Shown one piece after another: positions 48,001-60,000 of a stretch of 64,000 nt of DNA. The position numbers and the translations under genes are program-made. Under the pieces are notes generated by a model. It did no database searches and was not told the DNA's origin. It saw only the letters and a list, made by a program, of their open reading frames with translations. Every line of letters begins with the position of its first letter. The first letter of the stretch is position 1. Source of the DNA: Amoebophrya sp. A120 (lineage: Eukaryota; Protista; Dinoflagellata); assembly GCA_905178155.1 (NCBI GenBank), contig CAJINV010000013.1, positions 1,802,281-1,866,280 of the forward strand, in the 5' to 3' direction.

Positions 48001-51000
48001 CGAAGATCTCGCTGTTCGACTGCTGCGCGCTCGGTTCCACGTTGTCGGTCCGGTCCGCTTTGCGGCTGTCCAGCTCCGCCAGCGTGTACGGTGTGGCCCG
48101 GTTCGGCTCCATGACGCAGTTGTCCGTGATTGGACAGGTGAGTCTCGGGTCCTCCCTGTCCGTGCGCAGCTTCGCGCGGGTCGGCAAGAACGCGTCGGTG
48201 TTGGATCTGCTGTCCCTGGGCAGCACGATCTCGCTGCGCGGTAACATGAAGATGAGCCACACAATGTCCGTGATCGACTCCGTCAGTCTGGGTAGCACCC
48301 TGTCGCTCCGCTCAAGGATGCAGATCAGCAGTGGCTGCTCGATCATCGACGCGGTTAGCCTCGGGTCCGCTCTGTCCATCCGTGGCGGCCGGTTCCAGAT
48401 GAGCGGCCAGGCGTCGATCCTGGACGCCACGCACCTCGGTTCGAGCCTGTCCCTCCGCAGCTGCGCGCGCATGGGCAGCAACGCCTCGATCCTGGACTTT
48501 GTCAGCTTCGGCTCCGCGCTGTCGCTGCGCACCTACGCCCGGCTCGGTAGCGGTATGTCCGCGGTGGGCATGCTGGCGTTCGGATCATTGCTCCAAGTGT
48601 CTGTGATGAACCAGATGGAGGTGGGCAGTAGTCTGTCGCTGCGCTCCTTCGCGAAGCTCGGCAGTTCTGTTTCCGTGCTGTCCTTCATGAAGGTCGGCAG
48701 CTCGGTGTCTCTCCGTTCCATGTCCCGGTTCGGCTCCATGATGTCGGTGCTGGACTCGGTCACCATGGGAAGCACGCTTTCCCTCCGCAGCCAGTTCCGG
48801 TGCGGTAGCAACATGTCGATTCTCGACTTCGCCAACTGCGGCTCGAGCTTGTCGATCCGCAACTACATGCGGGTCGGATCCTCCATGAGCGTGCAGTCGC
48901 AGACCCGGATGGAGTCGAATCTCTCCGTCGTGTCGTACGTGCACATCGGCAGCAGCATGTCGCTCCGCTCAGCCTGCAGACTGTCTTCCCGGTGCAGCGT
49001 GCTGGACTTTTTGAACCTCGGCAGCTCCGTCTCGGTGCGCGACTTCCTGCGCCTCGGCAGCAGCTTCTCGGTGCTCGGCGGCGCGCAGGTCCAGGGAACC
49101 GCCGGTTTGAGCGTGCTGTCGCACGTGCATCTCGGTTCCAGCATCTCCCTCCGGAACAGCGCGGCTTTGGGCAGCAGAACCTCGATTCTGGACTTTGCGT
49201 TCTTCGGCAGCTCGCTGTCGCTGCGCAGCGCCTGCAAGATGGGCACGAACGTCAGCATTCTGGACTTTGTGCACATTGGCTCCGCCTTATCGCTCCGGTA
49301 CACGTGCAGGCTCGGCAACACCGCGTCCGTCTTGGATTTCGTTCAGATGGGCTCCGCGCTCTCGGTCCGCTCGTTCTGCCGCCTGGGCTCGTCCCTGACG
49401 GTGCACGGCCTCGCGACCTTCGGCTCGGTCAAGAACCTGTCGGTGATTGACTTCGTCAGCGCCGCCTCGTCCATGAGCTTGCGGCAGAACTTTCGCATTG
49501 GCGACAACCTGTCGATTCTGTCCCACATGCACCTCGGGTCCTCCATCTCCGTCCGCCGCTGCGCGCGCATCGGTGCGTTTGTTTCCGTGGTGAACTTCAC
49601 GAACTTGGGAAGCGCGTTATCCGTGCGCACGAACGCGCGCATGGGCGCGAGGATCTCTGTTCTTGACATGCTGAACTTGGGTTCTACCTGCTCCCTGCGA
49701 ACCAACTTGAACATGGGCGGCTCGATGTCCGTCGTGGACTTCGCGTCGCTCGGGTCCAACCTGAGCTTGCGGTCCTGCGCCCGGCTCGGCTCCGCGATCA
49801 GTATTCTGTCGTTCAGCGGCGTTGGGTCGGCGATGTCCGTCCGCCAGTTCCTGCGCGTCGGCTCCGGGCTGTCGGCGTTCGGATTGACCGCCTGCGGCAG
49901 CTGCCTGAAACTGTCCGTTTTGGAGTCCGTCCAGGTGGGCAGCACCATGTCTTTGCGCATGAAGTGCAAGTTGGGCGACCGGTTGTCCGTGTTGAGCTAC
50001 GTGCAACTCGGCTCTGCGCTGTCCACCCGCGCGTATGCGCGCTACGGCTCCGGGTGCTCGGTGGTGGGCACCACCAGAATCGGTCTGTCAATGTCCGTGC
50101 TGGAACAGGTGCACCTCGGCAGCAGCATCTCACTGCGATCCTGCGGCATCTTGGGCGGTGCCCTGTCCGTGCTGAACTACGTGAACTGCGGCAGCAGCAT
50201 CTCGCTCCGGCAGTACATGCGCTTGGGCAGCACCATCAGTGTCGGTATCGGCAGTAACGCCGCGCAGTTCGCGGGAAGACTGTCCGTCCTGGGCTGCTTC
50301 CACCTCGGTAGCACGCTGTCGCTCCGCGCTGCGTTGAAGACCGGCGCTTCCGCTAGCGCGATGCAGTTCGTGCAATTTGGCTCGTCGTTGTCCCTGCGGT
50401 CCTTCGCCCGGGTCTGCAGCACGGCCTCTGTGCTCGACAGTGTGAGCCTCGGCAGCACGCTGTCGTTGCGGTCCGTGGCCCGCCTGGGTAGCGCGGCGTC
50501 GATCTTGAGCTTCGTGCACTTAAGCAGCAGTCTCTCGCTCCGTGCCTACGCGCGGTTGGGAAGCAGCGTGTCGGCGCTGGGCTTGACCTCGGTCGGCAGC
50601 TGCCTGAAGATGTCCGTGCTTGGATGTGTGACCCTCGGGTCCAGCCTGTCCATCCGCGGCCGCATTGAGGGCGCCAACCGGTTGTCGGTTCTGCAGTTCG
50701 CGACCTTCGCGTCCTCTGTCTCCGTCCGCAGCTTCGCGCGGGTCGGCAGCGTCGCGTCGATCCTGTCGTTCACGGACCTCGGCTCCGGCCTGTCCATCCG
50801 GGCGGCCTGCCGCGCGGGCTCCCGAGCGTCGATCCTGGACTTCTGCGCCTTGGGCTCGTCCATTTCTGTGCGGAACTTCGCCCGCATCGGCAGCGGCCTG
50901 TCCATGAAGGGCTTCTGCTCGGTCGGCAGCTGCCTGCAGATCTCCGTGATCAACCAGGTGCAGCTCGGTTCGTCGCTTTCCGTTCGCCAGTACAGCCGCG

Positions 51001-54000
51001 CGGGAAGCAGACTGTCGGTCCTGGATATGCTCGCCATCGGCTCCTCGGTGTCCATCCGGTCGTCGATGAATGTCGGAACGCACTTGTCCACACTGTCCTT
51101 CGCGATGTGCGGCAGCAGTCTGTCCATCCGGTCCCAGGTGCGCGCCGGATCCTCGCTCTCGATGCTGGACTTCACCGTCTGCTCGAGCTCTGTCAGCGTC
51201 CGCAGCTTCCTGCGGATCGGCTCCACCTGTTCCGTGGCTGGCCTCACCGCGGTTGGGTCGTTGAAGAAGCTGTCCGTGATTGACTTCACCAACCTCTCGA
51301 GCACGCTGTCTCTCCGCAGCCTCGCCCGGGTGGGTAGCAAGTTCTCCGTGCTCGACTACGTGAACCTGGGCTCCGCACTGTCCATCCGCACGTCCACCCG
51401 ACTCGGTTCCGGTCTCTCCGTCCTCGGCAACGCCAAGATCGGCGAGGTGATGAGTGTGCTCGGCTTCGCGAAGATCGGATCATGCTTGTCGCTCCGGTCG
51501 TTCTGCAAACTCGGCTCCAAGGCCTCCGTCTGCGACATGCTCGCGCTCGGCTCCTCGCTGTCGATCCGTGCGATCGCGCGCGTGGGAAGCGGACTCTCGG
51601 TTGCCGGCAACGGCGTCCGCCTGTCCGCGTCGATGAGCGTGTTGAACTTCGTCACCCTGGGCTCGAGCCTGTCGGTCCGGTCCACGGTGAAGATCTCCGG
51701 GTCCGCCAGTATCATCAACTTCGTGTCGCTCGGATCCAGCCTGTCGCTCCGCAGCGTCGCAAGACTCGGCTCCAACCTCTCCACGCTGCAGTACACCGAC
51801 CTGGGCTCCGCTCTGTCGATTCGGTCGTTTGCGCGGTTCGGCTCCGGCCTGAGCTGCTACGGCAGGACGGCGTTCGGCAGCTGCATGAAGCTGTCCGTGA
51901 TCCAGTTCATGACCGCCGCGAGCAGTTTGTCGCTACGCTCCTTCGCCCGGCTGTCCAGCCGCGCGTCGGTGCTGGACTTCCTCGCGATCGGGTCCTCGTT
52001 GTCCATCCGCACGACCAGCAGAATCGGTTCGGCGCTTTCCATCGCGGGTACCGTGGACGCGCAGTCCTCGCTCTCGGTGATGGACTTCGTCCACCTCGGC
52101 TCCGCGCTGTCCGTCCGCCGCAGCGCCAAAATTGGTGCGCGTATGAGTGTGTGCGATTACCTCGGCCTCGGCTCCGCGGTGTCCTTCCGCTCGTTCGCGC
52201 GCCTCGGCAGCAACCTGTCGGTCCAGGGTGCGTCCGAGTTCGGCGACCGCTTGTCCGTCGCCAGCCTGGTCGCGCTGGGCAGCAGCATGTCGTTGCGCAG
52301 CCACTGCAGAATCGGCGACGCGGTCTCCGCGCTGGATGCCATCATGCTCGGCTCCGCGTTGTCGCTCCGCAGTTCCGCACGGGTGTCCGGCCATTTGTCC
52401 ATGCTGTCCTTCACCACGCTCGGGTCCGCGCTGTCCGTCCGGGGCACCACCAGATTCGGCTCCAGAGCGTCCGTTTTGGATCTCCTCAACCTTGGTAGCT
52501 CGCTGTCGCTCCGTGGCTACGCGCGCGTCGGCTCCGGCTTGTCCGTGATCGGTCTCTCGTCCGTCGGCTCCTGCCAGCAGCTGTCCGTGATCGGCGCCGC
52601 TAGTGTCGGCAGCAGCCTGAGTCTCCGGTGCTTCATGCAGCTGAGCGGAACGGCTTCCGTCTTGGACTTCGTCAACATGGGCTCCACTCTCTCCGTCCGA
52701 TCCGTCGGCCGACTCGGCAGCAAGTTCTCCGTTGTGGACTTCCTGAACTGCGGCTCCGCACTTTCTGTCCGATCCAATGCGAAGATCGGGTCGAACATGT
52801 CCGTGCTGAACTTCGTGCAGCTCGGCTCCGCGCTCTCGGTCCGTAGCTTCATCCGCTGCGGCAGCAGCGCGTCCGTGGCCGGCTCCATCCGGCTGTCCAG
52901 CTGCTACCGCCTGTCCGTCGTGCAGCAGGTCACGCTTGGCAGCTCCTTGTCGCTGCGCAGCGTGGCGCGCATGGGAAGCAACGTGTCGGTGTTGTCGTTC
53001 GTGCAGATTGCCAGCTCGCTGTCGGTGCGCACGTACACGAGGATGGGAAGCGGTTTGTCCATGATGGGCTCGCAGAAAGCAGGCGGCTACCTCTCCGTGC
53101 TGTCCCACGTGCAGCTCGGGTCGACACTCTCGCTGCGGTCCACGACCAGAATGGGCAGCAACGTCAGCATCCTGTTCTACTCGCAGTGCGGCAGTTCCCT
53201 GTCCGTCCGGACGATTGTCCGCATCGGGTCCGGCGCCTCCGTGGTCGGCAACCTGCGGGCCGGCAAGAACTGCAGCGTGATCCAGTTCGCGAACCTCGGA
53301 TCCACGTTGTCGGTGCGTGGTTTGGGTCGGTGCGGCAGCCGCGCGTCGGTGCTCGACTTCCTGCACCTCGGCAGCTCCGTCTCGCTCCGCAACGCGATCA
53401 AGCTCGGCTCCCAGGCGAGCGTCATGGCTCTCGGCCGGTTCGGCGAGATGTGCTCCGTGCTCGACGCGGTCAGCTGCGGCAGCAGCTTCTCGCTGCGCGG
53501 GATTGCAAGACTGGGCGACAAGCTGTCGTTACTCGACTTCAGCGTCCTCAGTTCCTCCCTCTCCCTGCGCCAGTACTGCAGGATCGGGTCCGGCACGTCC
53601 GTGTGCGGCACCTTGAACGTCAGCAAGAAGCTGTCTATCATCGACCAAGTCACGCTCGGTTCCGCCCTGTCGGTCCGCGGCGCGGCAAGGTTCGGGTCCC
53701 GAATGTCCATCCTGGACTTGTGCAACCTGGGTTCCAGCCTGTCCGTCCGACAGTCGCAGAACCTCGGTTCCCGCCTGTCCGTCTTCGACATGATGCAGCT
53801 GGGCTCGTCGCTCTCGCTGCGCTCCCTCGGCCGGTTCGGCAGCCACGTGTCGGTGTTCCAGTTCGCGCACCTGGGCAGCTCCATGTCCATCCGCAGTTAC
53901 GTCCGCATCGGCAGCGGCATCTCGACGCACGGCCTGACCGCCTGCAGGTCGGTGTACCGCATGAGCGTGATCAACCAGGCGGCCCTTGGTTCTTCCCTCT

Positions 54001-57000
54001 CCGTCCGGTCGCACACCAGACTCGGTAGCTACGTCTCCGTGATCAACTTCTGCACCGCGGGCTCCGCGCTGTCCGTCCGCTCCTACGCGCGTATGGGCAG
54101 CAGCATGTCGGTCCAAGGGCACGTCAAGGCGCAGTCGCAGTGCAGCATCCTGATGCAGGTGAGCCTCGGTTCCGCGCTCAGCTTGCGGTCCACCGCCCGG
54201 TGCGGTTCCAAGTGCTCCGTGCTCGCGTACGCGCAGTGCGGTTCCGCGTTGTCCGTGCGCGCCATGGCGAGGATGGGCAGCGGATTCAGTGCCGTGGGTG
54301 GCGTCCGGTTCAGCGAGAAGCTTTCCGTGCTGGAGTGCACCGTTCTCGGCAGCAGCTTCAGCTTGCGGTCCGTCGCCAGAATGGGCAGCTTCATGTCGGT
54401 TTTATCACATTCCCACATCGGATCCACGTTGAGCTTGCGCTCCTTCGCGCGGTGCGGTTCCGCGTGCTCCGTGCTCGAGTTCGTCAACATGGGCTCTTCG
54501 GTCTCGCTGCGGACCAAGACGCTGATCGGCGCGAAGTTGTCGGTTCTGGATTACGTCCACCTCGGTTCGACGGTGTCCGTCCGCAATTTCCTGCGCATTG
54601 GATCCTCCTTGTCCGTGAAGGGGGTTGCGGCCTTTGGCTCGGTGTCCAACCTGTCCGTGATCAGCTTCGCGACGGTTTCGAGCAGCTTGTCGCTCCGCGG
54701 CGTCGCCAAACTGGGGAAATTCCTGTCGGTTTTGGACAGCGTGTGCTTCGGCAGCTCGCTCTCCATCCGCGCGACCGCCAGAATGGGAACACAGCTTTCC
54801 GTGCTGGACTTGTCCACGCTCGGGTCCACGATTTCGGTCCGCAGCCTCTGCCGCATGGGAAGCAGAGCCAGCGTGCTCGACTTGCTGAACCTCGGTTCCG
54901 CACTGTCAATCCGGGGGTTGGTCAGACTCGGCTCGACCTTGACCGTCACGGGTCTCACCTACTGCGGCAGCTGCCTGCGCACCTCGGTTATCGACTGCAC
55001 CAACCTCGGAAGCAGCCTGTCCGTCCGGTCGTTTGGTAACATGGGCAGCCGCGTGTCCGTGCTGGACTTCTGCCAGCTCGGCTCGTCGATGAGCATCCGC
55101 TCCATGGTCCGAAGCGGTTCTCGCGTCTCGATCCTGGACATGCTGAACCTCGGTTCCACGTGCTCGCTGCGACAACAGTCGCGCCTCGGCGGCAGCCTGT
55201 CCACGCTGAACTACGTCAACATGGGTAGCAGTCTGTCCGTGCGCAGCTTCTGCAGAATCGGATCGACGCTGTCGGTCACCGGCTCCTCGCAGCTCGGATC
55301 CTGTCTGAAACTGTCCGTCGTGCAGTGCGCGTCGATGGGCAGCTCGATCTCCGTGCGGAACTTTTCCAGACTCGGTGGCAAGTTCTCCGTGATGAACTTC
55401 GTGTCGTGCGGCAGCACGCTGTCCGTGCGGGCCGTCGCACGCGTCGGCAGCGGCATGTCCATTGCCAGCAGCGCCAAGATGGGTGCGCAGATGAGCGTGC
55501 TAGGCTTCGTGAGTTGCGCATCTTCACTGTCCATCCGCGCCACGTCGAGAATCGGTTCCCGGGCCTCGATCTTCGACATGCTCGCCCTCGGCAGTTCCAT
55601 CTCCATCCGCGCGAAGGCCAGGATGGGCTCCGGCTGCTCGGTGGTTGGTGTCGCCAGACTGTCCGGTCGTCTGTCCGTCGCGAACTGCGCGTCGCTCGGC
55701 TCCAGCTTCTCGCTCCGTTCCGTCGGTAGGTTTGGAAGCAAGATCTCCATGCTGAACTTCTGCAGTGTCGGCTCCAGCTTCTCGCTGCGCCGCACCGCCA
55801 ACCTGGGCAGCAACATGAGTCTGTTGGACATGGCGAACTACGGTTCCAGTCTGTCTGTCCGCCAGTTCGTCCGCGTTGGCAGCACCTTGTCGGTTCGCGG
55901 CACCACCTCGCTCGGTTCCGTGGCCAAGGTCAGCGTGATCGGCTTCTCGCATCTCGGCTCCACACTGTCGCTCCGCTGCGTCAGCAAGTTCGGCAAGGAG
56001 ATGAGCATTTTGGATAGCGTCGCGCTCGGCTCCAGTCTGTCGCTCCGCTCCTACCTCCGGTGCGGATCTTCGGTGTCCATCTACACGTCTGCCTTGGGCG
56101 GCGGCAAGATGTCCGTCCTCGAACAGGTGCACCTGGGCTCGGTGCTGTCCGTCCGCGGAAGCACCCGGTTCGGATCCCGGTTGTCCATCTTCGACATGCT
56201 GAGCTGCGGCTCGCAACTCAGCGTCCGCGGGTTGACGAAACTGGGCAGTTCCGTCAGCGTGTCCGGCCTGGGCAAGTTCAACCAGATCACCGGAAAGGTT
56301 TCCGTCCTCGCCTGGATGGCGTGCAGCAGTAGCTTCTCGCTGCGCTCCTTCGCGAGACTGTCCTCGAATTTGTCGGTGCTGGACAACGTCGCGCTCGGCA
56401 GCAGCATGTCGTTGCGACACGTGTTCCGCCTCGGCTCCAACGCGTCGGTTCTCAACTACACGACCCTCGGCAGCGCGCTGTCCGTGCGTAGCAGTTCGAG
56501 ACTCGGCTCCCGCATGTCCGTGTTGGACACGTTGAACCTCGCTTCCTCCATGTCGCTCCGTGCGGTCGTCAGGGTCGGCAGCGGAATCAGCATGGTCGGC
56601 CTTTGCGCCGCGGGATCGGTGTTGAAGTGCTCCGTGCTCAACACCGTCAGCCTCGGTTCCACCCTGTCTGTGCGGGCGTTCGCTCGGCTCTCGAGCAAAG
56701 CTTCGGTCCTGGACATGATGGCGCTCGGCAGCAGTGTGAGTTTGCGCAGCACGTGCAGGACGGGCGACAGACTGAGTGTGCTGAGCTACACCCAGATGGG
56801 CTCCGCATTGTCCATCCGCGCGGCGGTGCGGTTCGGCAGCAAGTTCTCCGTCCTCGACTGCCTCACGCTCGGCAGCTCGGTGTCGTTGCGGTCCTTCGTC
56901 CGTGTCGGCTCCGGTTTGTCCGCCCACGGCTTCACGGCGGTGGGCTCGTGCTTGAAGCTCTCCGTGATCAACTGCACGAACCTGGGCAGCAACTTGTCGG

Positions 57001-60000
57001 TCCGCATGCTCGCGAAGGTCGGATCCCGGGCTTCGGTCCTGGACTTCCTGCATTTGGCAACGTCCGTGTCGGTGCGCCACCTCTGCAGAATCGGTAGCTC
57101 CCTCTCGGTCGGTGGCCCGCAGGCAATCTTGCAGGCCCGGTTGAGCGTGCTGAACCAGGTCCACTGCGGTTCCGCACTGTCCGTGCGCTCGCACTTCCGC
57201 TCCGGCAGCATGTGCTCGATCATGAACTTCGTGAACCTCGGCTCCAGCTTGTCTGTGCGCACGTACGTTCGCATTGGCAGCGGCTGCAGCGCGGTCTCGC
57301 ACGCAATGGTGCAGGGCAAGATCTCCGTGTTGAACTACGCGAATTTGAGCTCCGCGCTGTCCGTGCGATCGGCGGTGCGCATCGGCTCCCGGGCTTCGGT
57401 GCTGAACTTCTTGAACCTCGGCTCCAGCTTGTCGGTCCGCTCGTTCACGCGCTGCGGCTCTGACCTGTCTATCGCCGGCCAGTTCCGCTTCAGCGGTGGC
57501 TTGTCGGTCGCGGATGTGCTGACCATCGGCAGTTCCATGTCCGTCCGGTCCTTCAGTCGCATTGGCGGCAAGATGTCCGTGCTGAACTTCCTGCACCTCG
57601 GATCCACCTTGTCGGTCCGGACCATCGCCCGAGTCGGCAGTGCGGTGAGTGTCACGGGCGCGGGCAGGGTCGGCAACACCATGTCGATCGTGTCCCATGT
57701 GGAGATGGGTTCCGCCTTGTCCATTCGCGGCCTGATCCGCTGCGGCAGCAAGATGTCGGTCCTGGACTTCCTGTCGCTCGGCAGCACCTTGTCGCTCCGC
57801 GGCATGGTCAACTCGGGCAGCAAGATGTCGCTCGTCAACTTCGCGACCCTCGGCAGCGCGATCAGCGTCCGCACGCACGCGCGCTTCGGCTCGCGCGCCT
57901 CGGTGCTGGATTGCCTGGCGCTCGGGTCCGCCGTGTCCATGCGGTCCTTCGTCCGTGCGGGCAGCGCCCTCTCCGTGCGCGGATTGGTCGCGGCGGGATC
58001 CGTGTACAGGCTGTCCGTCATCGGCTGCACGCTTGCGGGCTCGGCCTTGTCCGTCCGCAGCACCAGCAGACTCGGCTCTCGCGCCTCCGTGCTGGACTGC
58101 CTCCACCTCGGTAGTTCGTTCAGCGTCCGCGCGATGTCCAGAATCGGCAGCGGCCTCAGCGTCGCGGGAACAGCCACTCTCGGCTCGCAGCTTTCCGTGC
58201 TCAGCTTCTCGACGGTCGGCTCCAGTTTGAGCGTCCGCAGCTCCTCTCGCTACGGCTCGCGGTGCAGCGTGCTCGACATGCTCAACCTCGGCTCCGTCGT
58301 CAGTGTCCGTGCCTTCACCAGAATCGGCTCCGGCGTCAGCGTGCAGGGCGCAGCCAAGTTCAACACGAACTTGAGCGTTCTGTCTTGCGCGCACCTCGGC
58401 TCCAGCTTCAGTCTCCGCAGCTTCGCCAGATTCGGCGACAAGACCTCCGTGCTGAGCTACGTGGCGTGCGGCAGCGCGTTGTCTGTGCGCAACACCTTCC
58501 GGTGCGGCACGACCTGCTCGGTTCTCAGCTTCGGCCACCTCGGTAGCGCCATCTCCGTCCGCGGAGTTGTCCGAAGTGGCTCGAAGGCCTCCGTCTTCGA
58601 CTGCCTCAGCCTCGGATCGTCGTTGAGCATCCGCTCGGCGAGCCGAATCGGATCCTCTTGCAGCGTTCGTGGTTTGGTGAACGTGGGTTCCGTGCAGAAC
58701 TTGTCGGTGGTCAACTTCATGCACGTCGGCAGCTCGCTGTCCGTCCGCAGCATGTCCAGGTTCGGTGGCTGCTTGTCCATTCTGGAGTTCACGCAGTGCG
58801 GCAGCGCGCTCTCGCTGCGTGGGGTCGCCAGAATTGGATCCAGCGTTTCCGCGGTCGGCGCGGGTAAGATCGGAGGAAAATTATCCGTGTTGCAGCAAGC
58901 CATGCTGGGCAGCGCTTTGTCCATCCGCGGGTTCGCTCGCGCGGGCAGCAGGGCGTCCGTACTCGACATGATGAATCTGGCCTCGACGATGAGCTTGCGT
59001 GCGGTTTGCCGCGCCGGCTCCTCGCTTTCCGTCGTCGGCAGGACACTCGGTATGGGCAACATGTCCGTGCTGAACGCCATGCACGTCGGGTCGTCCTTCA
59101 GTCTTCGGTCTATGGGACGCGTCGGCGGTGCCATGTCCGTGCTGGACTTCGTCGAACTCGGCTCATCGCTATCCGTCCGCGCCTTTGCTCGCTTCGGCTC
59201 CAGCTTCAGTGTGGCCGGGGATAGGGCCGTTCTGCAGACGAAGTTATCCGTGCTGAACTTTGCGACGCTCGGCTCCTCAGCCTCCGTGCGCGCGATCAGC
59301 CGGTGCGGATCCAGAATCTCCGTCCTGGACTACATGAACCTCGGTTCCTCGGTCTCGCTGCGTCAGTTCGCGCGGTTCGGTTCCGCTGTCTCCTGCGTGA
59401 AGGCCGCAAGGCTGGCTGGAAGCGCGTCGGTGCTGTCCTTCACGCAACTCGGCAGCAGCTTGTCGGTCCGCGGCATGGTCAGACTTGGCTCGAGACAGTC
59501 CGTCCTGGATTGCTTGACCCTCGGTAGCAGCGTGTCGGTGCGTGCCTTCACGAGACTCGGATCGACGTGCAGCGTCCGTGGTTTGGCGATGTGCGGCTCC
59601 ATCAGCAGCCTCTCCGTGATCAACTTCGCCCACCTCAGCAGCAGCTTCAGCTTGCGGTCGCAGGCCCGGTTCGGCGATTGCATGAGCGTGATGGACTTCG
59701 TCCTGATCGGCTCCAACATGAGCGTCCGCGCCTACACGAGAATGGGCAGCAGTGTGTCCGTCTACCACAACATGATGGCCGGCGAGAAGCTCTCCGTGCT
59801 CAACAGCGTCAACCTCGGCTCGACGTTGTCCGTGCGCGGCATGGGCCGCCTGGGCAGCCGCGCCTCCGTGCTCGACTGCTTGGCGCTGGGATCGGCGTTG
59901 TCGCTGCGTGGTGTCGCGCGCTTCGGAAGCTCCGTCTCCGTTTCCGCCGGCAAGGCGTTCGCCCCGAAGCTGTCCGTCTTGAACCAGGTGTGCCTGGGCA

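Noticed and set aside
55524-58724. Long in-register antisense ORFs (1066 aa here; also 45258-47567, 37944-40097, 19089-20924 and others)
   Set aside because: Stops in this frame require TTA/CTA/TCA sense codons, which are rare in this GC-biased gene. The translations are simply the reverse-complement image of the repeat.
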